Positions 37,161 to 45,265 of a DNA stretch of 64,000 bases are shown piece by piece. Origin of the DNA: Thermoplasmata archaeon (lineage in GTDB: Archaea; Thermoplasmatota; Thermoplasmata; Lutacidiplasmatales; UBA184); contig JASHPY010000077.1 in the NCBI GenBank assembly GCA_030037855.1, forward strand, positions 2,035-66,034. Reading direction: 5' to 3'. The first letter of the stretch is position 1. Every line of letters begins with the position of its first letter. Under the pieces are notes generated by a model. The model searched no databases. It worked only from the letters and a program-made list of their open reading frames with translations, and had not been told where the DNA came from. A program made the translations under genes and the position numbers.

Positions 37161-37601
37161 GTGGCCCCGGCGTCCCGCGAGGAGATCGGCGCGATCGTCG
37201 CGGGCCTGAAGCGCTCGGCGCTGTTGGGCGGGCTCAAGGACCGCGAGCTGAAGCGGCTCGCGGGGCTCGCCAAGGTACGCACTATCGACAAGGGCGCGAC
37301 CGTGGTGAAGCGCGGGGAGAAGGGGATCGGCTTCTACGTGATCCTCGACGGCGCGGTCCAGGTACGCAAGGACGGGAGGCCGGTAGCGGGCCTCGGACCG
37401 GGGGACTTCTTCGGCGAGCTCGCCCTGTTCGACGACCGACCCCGCTCGGCCGACGTCGTCACCACCGATCGGACGACCGTGGTCGTCCTCTCGCGGTGGG
37501 AGTTCTGGGGGTTCGCCTCGGAGCGGCCCGAGATGCTCCGGGCGATCCTCGCGGAGATGGCCCGGCGCCTCGAAGAGACCGGACGCATCGGCGGGCACTG
37601 A
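37161..37601 (+). CDS. cyclic nucleotide-binding (CAP_ED) domain protein, stand-alone
   Basis: cNMP-binding signature GDFFGELALF plus the conserved Arg (RSADVV). The 146-aa protein has no output domain. Confidence 0.8.
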   Translation: MAPASREEIGAIVAGLKRSALLGGLKDRELKRLAGLAKVRTIDKGATVVKRGEKGIGFYVILDGAVQVRKDGRPVAGLGPGDFFGELALFDDRPRSADVVTTDRTTVVVLSRWEFWGFASERPEMLRAILAEMARRLEETGRIGGH

Positions 37602-37602
37602 A

Positions 37603-37621
37603 CCCCCGACCGGTCCGGGGG
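37603..37621 (+). terminator. GC-rich hairpin (CCCCCG-7nt-CGGGGG) directly after the cNMP-binding gene stop
   Basis: 6-bp GC stem at a convergent gene junction. No oligo-T, so function is uncertain. Confidence 0.2.
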
Positions 37622-37724
37622 ACGACCCGACTCCCGACACCGGGGGCTCCGCGCCGCCGCGCGGTCGTCTTGTCCACCGGGGAGGGAACGGTCGGTACCG
37701 CGGCGAGCGAGAGGGGCCCGGCCG

Positions 37725-38204
37725 TCAGCGCAGGATCTCGACCGTGATGATCCAGGCCTCGACGACGGCGATCAGGAATCCGCCGAGGGTGGCGGGGACG
37801 AACCAGTACAGCGCGCCGGTGCTGTTGGTCAGGAGGGCGATGCCTCCCAAGAGGACGAGCACCCACGGGAGCTGGATCTCGACCGTGTGGTTCCGTAGGA
37901 CCGCCCGGAACCTCGGCTCGACCTCCCGCCAGCTGCGCCGCTCGAGAAGGTTCAGCGCGAGGCCGGTCGCGATCGCGATCCCGGCGACCGACACCCCCTG
38001 GACGAAGGGCGACGGCCCGGGCACGAGGAGCAGCGACTCGATGCCGAGGAGGCTGAGGAGGACCAGGAGCGACTGCAGCGCCCGGTTCGCCACCATCGGG
38101 AGCTGGACGATCCGCTGGAGGTTGATCGAGATCCCGACGAAGATCAGCCCCGCGAGCGCGGCGGCGGCGCCGACCTCGGCGGTGAAGAAATTGTCCCAGC
38201 TCAA
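37725..38204 (-). CDS. hypothetical membrane protein (4 TMS)
   Basis: Four hydrophobic helices. Clean ORF. Confidence 0.5.
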   Translation of the reverse strand: MSWDNFFTAEVGAAAALAGLIFVGISINLQRIVQLPMVANRALQSLLVLLSLLGIESLLLVPGPSPFVQGVSVAGIAIATGLALNLLERRSWREVEPRFRAVLRNHTVEIQLPWVLVLLGGIALLTNSTGALYWFVPATLGGFLIAVVEAWIITVEILR

Positions 38205-38246
38205 CCCCGACCGCCCCGCGCGAGAGGGCGAGGGGGCTCCGCCGAC

Positions 38247-38597
38247 TTAGGTTCTTCCCGAGTCGCGGGTCGGAGCGTCGGGGGCCGCGCCGGACCTCTC
38301 GATCCGACCCGTGCGCCCGAGCGAGACCTCGGGGCGACCCTTGTACTCCTTGACCCACCCTTCGACGATCCGCACGCGGTCGCCTTCGCCCACGAGGTCG
38401 ACCTCCCGGCCCCAGAGCACGATCACGACCTCGCCGGTGCCGTCGCGGAGGGTGCCCTGACGGAACTTCGTCGTGCCCCCGCTCCGCTGCTCGATCTCCC
38501 GCGGGGGATCGAGCTTCGCGATCGTCGCCTCGAACGTCGCGACCCGGCCGGGGCGCAGGTCGGAGATGAACGTCTTCGGGGGGGCCCCCTCGGTCAC
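38247..38597 (-). CDS. single OB-fold RPA-like nucleic-acid-binding protein (mini-SSB)
   Basis: LRPGRVATFEATIAKL...FRQGTLRDGTGEVVIVLWGREVDLVGEGDRVRIVEGWVKEYKGRPEVSLGRTGRI matches the archaeal RPA OB-fold pattern. GTG start; the rest of ORF 38247..39320 is junk. Confidence 0.6.
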   Translation of the reverse strand: MTEGAPPKTFISDLRPGRVATFEATIAKLDPPREIEQRSGGTTKFRQGTLRDGTGEVVIVLWGREVDLVGEGDRVRIVEGWVKEYKGRPEVSLGRTGRIERSGAAPDAPTRDSGRT

Positions 38598-38671
38598 GCG
38601 AGGGCCCAGCCGGCCGGACGACAAGAGCGTTCGCCCCGGCGCCGACGCGGCCGCGACCGACCCGGGGCGGG

Positions 38672-39478
38672 CTAGATCTGGCGTCCCTCCTCGAGGTTCC
38701 GGGCGCGGATCCGGCGCAGGAGGATCGTCGCGGTGACGGCCAGCCCGACGGTCCATGCGGCGAGTCCGACGACGAGGAGCGGCCAGGCGAGCGTCACGGA
38801 GTCCGAGCTTCCGAGCATCACCGGCACCGGTGCGCCGGTGAACCCCTGGTAGAGGAGCGACGTGATGTCGTTGTACGGGGAGCCGTAGAGGAGCCACGTC
38901 GGGAGGGTCGTGAACGCCTGCCCGAGCCCGAACGCGTACGACAGGAGCAGCGGGACGTACCCGACCATGCTCGCGCTGCGGAGGCCGAGGTAGTTGATCA
39001 CGAGCAGCATCAGGTTCGTCGCGAGCGCCATGTAGAAGACTCCCGCACCGAGCGAGACCGCCACGAGCGCGGGCACGTTCGACGGGACGATCGCGGCGTG
39101 GAACCGCGCGCCGAAGATCGCGACCGTCCCACCGAGGATCACGAACCCGAGGATCAACCCGAAGATCGCCGACGCGAGGACGACCGCGCCAAGGTATCGG
39201 GCCGGCGTCAGCGTCGTGTAGCGAAACGCGTAGGCGAGCGCCGCCGACCCGTACGTGAGCGAGTTCGCGATCGCGATCGCGAGCATGCTGAGCGAAAGGA
39301 GGACGACGACGGCGTACCACGCGCCGGCGTACTCGGAGAGACCGGGTCCGCTCAACTGGTACCCGGACGACTCGACGTACGCCCCGATCACGATCCAGAA
39401 CAGCATGAACGCCGCCCCCCAGAACCAGAGGGAGCCGTTGGTGAGCAGCGACTTCGAATACGCGGCACCGAGGTTCAT
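38672..39478 (-). CDS. ABC-2 type transporter permease
   Basis: 6 TMS. ATG overlaps the ATPase stop (ATGA). Start at Met70 of ORF 38672..39685. Confidence 0.7.
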   Translation of the reverse strand: MNLGAAYSKSLLTNGSLWFWGAAFMLFWIVIGAYVESSGYQLSGPGLSEYAGAWYAVVVLLSLSMLAIAIANSLTYGSAALAYAFRYTTLTPARYLGAVVLASAIFGLILGFVILGGTVAIFGARFHAAIVPSNVPALVAVSLGAGVFYMALATNLMLLVINYLGLRSASMVGYVPLLLSYAFGLGQAFTTLPTWLLYGSPYNDITSLLYQGFTGAPVPVMLGSSDSVTLAWPLLVVGLAAWTVGLAVTATILLRRIRARNLEEGRQI

Positions 39479-40260
39479 GCGATCGCCTCTACGAGCGCGT
39501 TCAGGCTCGTCGCGCTCTTCACCGGGATGTCGCCGTGGTCGAGCGTCACCGAGAACATGCCGACGCTCGTCTCGATCACCGCGAGGGCGCCGGGCTGGCG
39601 CCCGCGCGCGAGGTAGAGGCGGTCGACCTCGGCCGTCGGGAACGGTCCGAACAGCCGGCCCTCGAACATGAACGCGAGGCGCCAATTCTCGAACAGGCGC
39701 AGGAGCTCGAGCTCGTGCGTGCTGAGGAGGACCTCGGCCGGGAGCTCCTGGAGCAGCCGGGCGAGGCGACGCCGCCGCGAGAAGTCGACGTTGTCGAACG
39801 GCTCGTCCAGGAGAACGAGCCCGGACCCCCGGCTCACCGCGAGGAGGTCGCCGACGAGCTTCTGCTGACCGGTCGAGAGCTCGAAGATCCGCTTGTCGAG
39901 CGCGTCCTCGATCTCGAACTCCCGCACTCGATCGAGGAGCGGCGCGAGGTCGACCGCCTTCAGCCGGGCGAACACGGGGAGGAGGTCGCGGACGGGCAGG
40001 GAGACGAGGCGGTAGACGTCCGCAAGGTTCGTGGAAACGCTCGCCGTTCCCCGAGTGGTGCGCACGTCCTCGCCGAACACTCGAACGGTGCCCGAGCTGA
40101 TCGGCGCGAGGCCAAGCACGGCCCGGATCAGGGTCGTCTTGCCGCTGCCGTTCGCGCCGACCACGATCAGCTTCTCGCTCTCGAGCGTGAGCGAGACGTC
40201 GCGAATCGCCGGCGTTCGCCCCCGGCGGTACTGGACCGAGAGTTCCGCGATCTCGAGCAC
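39475..40260 (-). CDS. ABC transporter ATP-binding protein
   Basis: Walker A GANGSGKTT, signature LSTGQQK, Walker B LVLLDEPF. Confidence 0.85.
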   Translation of the reverse strand: MLEIAELSVQYRRGRTPAIRDVSLTLESEKLIVVGANGSGKTTLIRAVLGLAPISSGTVRVFGEDVRTTRGTASVSTNLADVYRLVSLPVRDLLPVFARLKAVDLAPLLDRVREFEIEDALDKRIFELSTGQQKLVGDLLAVSRGSGLVLLDEPFDNVDFSRRRRLARLLQELPAEVLLSTHELELLRLFENWRLAFMFEGRLFGPFPTAEVDRLYLARGRQPGALAVIETSVGMFSVTLDHGDIPVKSATSLNALVEAIA

Positions 40261-40290
40261 GCCGGGGAGACGGCCGACCCGGCTCTTGCC

Positions 40291-40677
40291 CTAGGGAGTA
40301 AGTTCAGCGACTGAACCTGGGGGGGTTGCCCGGCCCCCCGTTCGGTCGGAGAGGCCCGCGAGCGTGCGGGAGAGCTCCGCGTAGACCGCGACCCCCTGCG
40401 GCGTGATCTCGACCTGGACCCGGGGACCGCCGATCGTGAAGACCATCCGGCTCCGCACGAGGCCCGCCGAGACGAGCTGGTCGAGGTGGTGGCTCAGGCT
40501 CCCCTTGGAGACCTGGGTGAGTTCGAGGAGCTCGGTGAAGCTCAAGCGGCGGTTGATCCCGAGCGAAAGAAGGATCAGCACGCGGACCGAGTTCCGCAGC
40601 GGCTCCTGGCGGAGGTACTCGCCGAGCGTCCGAAGGCCCGAACCGCCCGGAGCGGTCGGGTCAGCCGTCGGCGCCAA
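40291..40677 (-). CDS. winged-helix (ArsR/HTH_20-like) transcriptional regulator
   Basis: RVLILLSLGINRRLSFTELLELTQVSKGSLSHHLDQLVSAGLV. Confidence 0.7.
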   Translation of the reverse strand: MAPTADPTAPGGSGLRTLGEYLRQEPLRNSVRVLILLSLGINRRLSFTELLELTQVSKGSLSHHLDQLVSAGLVRSRMVFTIGGPRVQVEITPQGVAVYAELSRTLAGLSDRTGGRATPPGSVAELTP

Positions 40678-41365
40678 CGGCGAGCTCCTCCGGTGCGTGA
40701 TACAGCGCGTAGACCGCGCAGAACGCCCAGCCGACGATCGGCACGATCCACGGGAGCGAGAACCAGGTCTGGTTGTGGGTGGCGACGAGCGCGACGGCCG
40801 AGCCGACGACGCCCACCGCGAACGTCGCGACCGCGACGAGCCCCTCCGCGGGGACGCGGGGGAACGTGCGTCGGACCGCGAGGAGGATCGACAGGTTGAT
40901 CGCGGCGAGGCTCGCGTCGAGCACGAGGAGCCCCGCGAACGAGCTCACGAACGCCGTCGACACGACCAGCGCGAACACGACCAAGCCGACGACGAGAGCC
41001 CAACCGAACCAGCGATACGCGCCGGGACGGGCCCCCCGCGCCTCGCGGAACCGGATCGCGCGGTACGTCTGGCCGAGCGTCCAGGAGGTCGCCCAGACCC
41101 CGATCAGCGTGATCGCGACGAGCACTCCGTAGTAGGCGAGCGCTTCGGCGAGATTGAAGCCGGGGATCCGGGGCGCGATCGACGCGGGAAAGAGGACGTA
41201 CGCCGCGAGCGCCCCGGCCCAGATCGCGTAGTAGACGCCCCAGGCCCGGCGAAGGAGATATCCCTGGAAGACGAGCGCGCGGTCGGCGGCCGCCCCCAGC
41301 GTCTGCGAGGCGTTCGCGTCGGTGATCTCCGTCGGTTCGGTGACGCCCGCGTTCACGAGCCCCAC
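40661..41365 (-). CDS. hypothetical integral membrane protein
   Basis: 6 TMS. Overlaps the regulator start by 17 nt. First gene of a membrane protein-regulator-ABC operon. Confidence 0.5.
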   Translation of the reverse strand: MGLVNAGVTEPTEITDANASQTLGAAADRALVFQGYLLRRAWGVYYAIWAGALAAYVLFPASIAPRIPGFNLAEALAYYGVLVAITLIGVWATSWTLGQTYRAIRFREARGARPGAYRWFGWALVVGLVVFALVVSTAFVSSFAGLLVLDASLAAINLSILLAVRRTFPRVPAEGLVAVATFAVGVVGSAVALVATHNQTWFSLPWIVPIVGWAFCAVYALYHAPEELAVGADG

Positions 41366-41426
41366 GGTCGACGCCCAGCGCGGTACCGCGGTGGGGCGGT
41401 ATAGCTGCGCCGCTCCGCGCGACCGT

Positions 41427-41738
41427 TCAGAGGTCGCGGAGGATTCGCTCGACCTCGTGCGCGACCCGGTCGAGCTCCTCCGCCGCCTTGCGCGACGCCC
41501 TCCGGGCCGAGCCGGTGGGGTCGCGTGCCGCCCGCTTTGCCTCGCGGCCGACGCGGTGGGAGAGATGCTCGGTCGTTCGGGCGAGCTCCTTCGCCGCGCG
41601 CTTCACCTCATCGATCGCCTGCTCGATCGTGGGGAGCTTCGATCGGCCGGCCGCGACGGGCGGCATCGCGAACGACCCGCAGGCCGGGCAGGTGGGACTA
41701 CCGGACGGGATCTCCGTTCCGCACTGGGGACAGAACAT
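41427..41738 (-). CDS. zinc-ribbon domain protein
   Basis: MFCPQCG...CPACG N-terminus, followed by a charged helical tail. Confidence 0.55.
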   Translation of the reverse strand: MFCPQCGTEIPSGSPTCPACGSFAMPPVAAGRSKLPTIEQAIDEVKRAAKELARTTEHLSHRVGREAKRAARDPTGSARRASRKAAEELDRVAHEVERILRDL

Positions 41739-41772
41739 GATGCCACCTCCCCAACGAGCGGCGGTGCCCTAC

Positions 41773-42708
41773 ATGAAGCCGGCTCTCGCCTCGGGAGCAG
41801 ACATCATCCGCTCGCGGGGTCGTCCCCGCACCGCGGTGCGCGCTCGAGTCGACTCTCCGGCGGACGGTTTGACCGGAGTCATCCTCGCGGGGGGCCGCTC
41901 GCAGCGGTTCGGTTCGGACAAGCTCCGTGCGCGCGTCGCGGGGCGAACGGCGATCTCCCGGGTGGTCGGTCGCGTCCGTCCTCTCGTCCGTCGGCTGATG
42001 ATCTCGACGGCGTCCGACGGGGCGTGTCCACCGCTGCCCCGGAACGTCGCCGCGACGGTGGAGTTCGTTCCCGACCGGAACGTGGGTCGCCGCGCGGGTC
42101 CGGCCGCCGCGATCGCCGGCGCCCTGTCCCGCGTACCGAACGGGCCGGTCCTCGTGGTGCCCGGCGACATGCCCTGGATCGAGCGCGCCGCGCTGCGCCG
42201 TTTGGTGGCGGAGGGAACCGCGAGCGGCGCCGACGTGGCCGTGCCGTGCTGGCCGAGCGGGGAAACCGAGAATCTGGTCCAGTGGCACCGCGACGCGGGC
42301 GGGATCGGACGCCTCGTCCCACGAGACGCACGCTCCTGGGCCGGGCGGCGTGCGTCGGAGTTCCTCCGGGCCTTACCTCGCACCCGCGTCGTCCCCCTGT
42401 CGACCCTCACCCACCGGCCGATCAGCTTCGCCCACCTCACGTTCCGCTCCGACCTCCATCGTCCGCGCGCCCGCGGGACCCGGGGACCCTGGACGCGGCC
42501 GAGAACGATCGAAGGGGAGCCCAAACAGTGGTACCGACGGGCTCACCTCTCGAGGGCGGCGGGACGCGGAACGGAGTCGGAGCGAGCGTTCCTCAGGGAA
42601 GCCGCGTGGTACGACAACGCCGTGCTCCCCCTCCTCGCGGACCACGCGCGCTCGGATGCGACGCGCGCCACGTCTTATCGTCCGGGACGGGGTCCCCCTT
42701 CGGGATGA
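41773..42708 (+). CDS. mobA: molybdenum cofactor guanylyltransferase MobA with about 100-aa C-terminal extension
   Basis: GVILAGGRSQRFGSDK signature and VVPGDMPW motif. Start is uncertain (ATG 41773 or in-frame TTG 41869). Confidence 0.7.
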   Translation: MKPALASGADIIRSRGRPRTAVRARVDSPADGLTGVILAGGRSQRFGSDKLRARVAGRTAISRVVGRVRPLVRRLMISTASDGACPPLPRNVAATVEFVPDRNVGRRAGPAAAIAGALSRVPNGPVLVVPGDMPWIERAALRRLVAEGTASGADVAVPCWPSGETENLVQWHRDAGGIGRLVPRDARSWAGRRASEFLRALPRTRVVPLSTLTHRPISFAHLTFRSDLHRPRARGTRGPWTRPRTIEGEPKQWYRRAHLSRAAGRGTESERAFLREAAWYDNAVLPLLADHARSDATRATSYRPGRGPPSG

Positions 42709-42980
42709 CGGGGTGCGCGGTCTGCGGAGGCGCCCTGCCGCCGAGCGACTCCCGCCCCGCGCTGCGCGCGGCGGATCGGATCGTGCACGTCGCGTGCGCG
42801 CCGGCTCCGATCCTCGAGAGCGCGTACGAGGAGTACACCGCGATCGTCCGCAAGGGGGTCCGATACTTCGTCGAGAAGTACGCGGCGTCCGCGATCGCGC
42901 CGCCGGACGTCGGTGCCACGTTCCTCGAGATCGGCCGTTCGCTCGGCCAGGAGCGGGAACGCCGAGCCCGGCCGCCGTAG
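42705..42980 (+). CDS. small Cys-containing protein (91 aa), translationally coupled to mobA
   Basis: ATG overlaps the mobA TGA (ATGA). N-terminus MTGCAVCGG...HVAC. Family unknown. Confidence 0.45.
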   Translation: MTGCAVCGGALPPSDSRPALRAADRIVHVACAPAPILESAYEEYTAIVRKGVRYFVEKYAASAIAPPDVGATFLEIGRSLGQERERRARPP

Positions 42981-43038
42981 GGCGATCGAGCTCGCGACTC
43001 GGGTCCGTCATTAGTCCGTCGGTGCTGGACCCTCGTCG

Positions 43039-43902
43039 ATGATCGCCTCGGGTGGGGCACCCACCGAGAGGATCCGGGTCACCGAGGTACGCTCGGATGG
43101 CCGCCGAGAGCGCGACGACGAAGCGGCGACCGAAGAGCCGCTCGAGGTCCGCGTCGTGCCGGCCGGCGCGGAGGAGGGGGTGCGGTACCGCATCGCGGTG
43201 ACGATGCGCACCCCGGGCGCTGACTTCGAGCTCGCGGCGGGATTCCTCTACTCGGAGGGTCTTCTCCACTCCCCGGGCGACCTCACCCGCATCGCCTACT
43301 GTACCGACCCCGACGAACCGCAGCGGTTCAACATCGTCCAGGTGTCGCTCGCCCCCGGGGTCCCGTTCGACGCCGAACGGTTCCGGCGGAACGTCTACAC
43401 GACCTCGAGCTGCGGCGTCTGCGGGAAGGCGGCGATCGAACAGGTGACCACCGCCGTCGCGCGGCGACCGGTCGGCCGGTTCGCGATCGACCCCCGGACG
43501 CTCGGATCGCTGCCGGGTCGGATCGCCTCGACCCAGCGGGTGTTCGGCCGAACCGGGGGCCTGCATGCCGCGGCACTGTTCACGCCCGGCGGAGAGCTCC
43601 TCCTCCTGCGCGAGGACGTGGGCCGGCACAACGCGGTCGACAAGCTCGTCGGGCAGCGGCTGCTCTCGCGGGCCCTTCCCGACAGCGACACGGTCCTCCT
43701 CGTTACCGGCCGCGCCGGCTTCGAGCTCGTGCAGAAGGCCGCCGTCGCGGGGATCCCGTTCCTCGCCGCGATCGGTGCCCCGAGCTCGCTCGCGATCTCG
43801 CTCGCCCGGGACGAAGGCATGACCCTGGTCGGGTTCCTGCGGGAGGGGCGTTTCAACGTCTACTCGGGCGAGACGCGCATCGCGGCGGAGGAACGCGACT
43901 AG
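43039..43902 (+). CDS. fdhD: formate dehydrogenase accessory sulfurtransferase FdhD
   Basis: SSCGVCGK catalytic Cys motif and GRHNAVDK signature. Confidence 0.85.
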   Translation: MIASGGAPTERIRVTEVRSDGRRERDDEAATEEPLEVRVVPAGAEEGVRYRIAVTMRTPGADFELAAGFLYSEGLLHSPGDLTRIAYCTDPDEPQRFNIVQVSLAPGVPFDAERFRRNVYTTSSCGVCGKAAIEQVTTAVARRPVGRFAIDPRTLGSLPGRIASTQRVFGRTGGLHAAALFTPGGELLLLREDVGRHNAVDKLVGQRLLSRALPDSDTVLLVTGRAGFELVQKAAVAGIPFLAAIGAPSSLAISLARDEGMTLVGFLREGRFNVYSGETRIAAEERD

Positions 43903-44483
43903 CCGCCGCGGAGCGCGAACGACTGGACCGCGGGTCGCACCGCTCCCTCGTCCACGACGAGGGTGAGGTGGTCGATCGTCACCGTACGGCGGACGTCCCG
44001 GCCCCGGAGGGCGGCGAGGACCTCGCGAACCTCGGCGGCCGAGGGGGGCGTGTCGTACTCCTCGTCGCGGTAGGCGAGAGAGACGTGCGGGACCCAACGA
44101 CCGGGCGCGTAGAGGCCGGACTCGTGCTCGGCACGCGGAGAGCAGATCCCCCACCGCGCTCGGTGGAGGTCGTGCAGGCGTCGGTCCGCCTCGGTCGCGA
44201 GGAAGACCACGGGCCAGTCGCCCGAGAACGTCTCGACGCACGTCAGTTGCACGGGGAACGCCCCCGTCCGACGGGCGAGCGACTCGAGCGCCTCCTCGAG
44301 CGGCGCTCGTTCGTAGCGACCGGCGATGTGGTAACTGAAGTGCGGGAACGGCATCACGAAAATCCCTCGGAGTCCGACTCGCTCGTCGAGCTCCCTCCAG
44401 ATCGTCCGGACCGCGTCGGTCGCGGGCCCGTCGCGCAACGACACGACTCCGATCGCTCGTCTTGGCCTTCCCGGCGCCCGCAT
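43899..44483 (-). CDS. 2H phosphoesterase (LigT/2'-5' RNA ligase-like) family protein
   Basis: Two H-x-S/T-x motifs: FPHFSYHI and VPHVSLAY. Confidence 0.6.
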   Translation of the reverse strand: MRAPGRPRRAIGVVSLRDGPATDAVRTIWRELDERVGLRGIFVMPFPHFSYHIAGRYERAPLEEALESLARRTGAFPVQLTCVETFSGDWPVVFLATEADRRLHDLHRARWGICSPRAEHESGLYAPGRWVPHVSLAYRDEEYDTPPSAAEVREVLAALRGRDVRRTVTIDHLTLVVDEGAVRPAVQSFALRGG

Positions 44484-44618
44484 CGGAGGCTGGTCGGATG
44501 CGCCCCGGCTAGGAAGGAATTCGTGGGACCGCGCGCGGGGGCGAGCCGCCGGCGAGGGACGCGGCGGCAGGGGAGCCCCGAGCGCGTCGCTGCGCCCGGA
44601 GCGGAAGGGGTGGGCGCT

Positions 44619-45110
44619 CTACGCGACCGCGACCTTGACCTCGTCCGACGACGGGGTGGGGGTCAGCTTCGGCAGCTCGAGCTCGAGCACGCCGTTCTCG
44701 ACCTTCGCCTTCGCCTCGGCGGCCACGACCGGCTCGGGCATCTCGAGGCTGCGGTAGAAGCCCGCGTACGTCCGCTCCTGATGGACGTAGTCGGTCTGCT
44801 TCGTCTCGGTGGTCGTGGCGTGGTCGCCTCGGATCTCGACCGTCGTCCCGCGGACGCGTACGTCGAGCTGCTCCTTCGGCACCCCCGGAAGGTCGGCGGT
44901 GATCCGGTAGGACGCGCCGGTGTCCGCGACGTCGATGCGGGGCGCCCGGAAGAACTTCGGGGCGGTCGCGCCTTCGACCGGACCGAACCGGTGGCCGAAC
45001 GGCGTCAGACCGAACGCTCGGAAGAACTCGGCCCGCGACTGCTCGAGGGCTGCGTCCAGCTCGCTCCACGGGTCGGCCGGCGTCTCTCCTTTCTGAATCT
45101 CTTTCGTCAT
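44619..45110 (-). CDS. Hsp20/alpha-crystallin family small heat-shock protein
   Basis: ACD: PRIDVADTGASYRITADLPGVPKEQLDVRV...NGVLELELPK. Start at Met14 of the ORF, with GAGGTGG 5 nt upstream. Confidence 0.85.
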   Translation of the reverse strand: MTKEIQKGETPADPWSELDAALEQSRAEFFRAFGLTPFGHRFGPVEGATAPKFFRAPRIDVADTGASYRITADLPGVPKEQLDVRVRGTTVEIRGDHATTTETKQTDYVHQERTYAGFYRSLEMPEPVVAAEAKAKVENGVLELELPKLTPTPSSDEVKVAVA

Positions 45111-45126
45111 GTTCCACCTCGAGGTT

Positions 45127-45165
45127 TTACAACAAGTGTAAGTTATCATTCGTATATAATGATGT
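45127..45165 (-). promoter_or_regulatory. hsp20 promoter: TATA box (ATTATATA) followed by inverted repeat TTACA-N5-TGTAA between TATA and predicted TSS
   Basis: The longest AT-rich tract in the window (45125..45175). Palindrome arms at 45127..45141. Confidence 0.45.
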
Positions 45166-45265
45166 CTATCGAACCGATCGCTACGAATGCCTCGCCGACG
45201 AACGGAGCGACGCCGGATCTCCGCCCGCGGTTCTATGGGGGGCCTCGCTTCTCCGTCGTTCGGAG

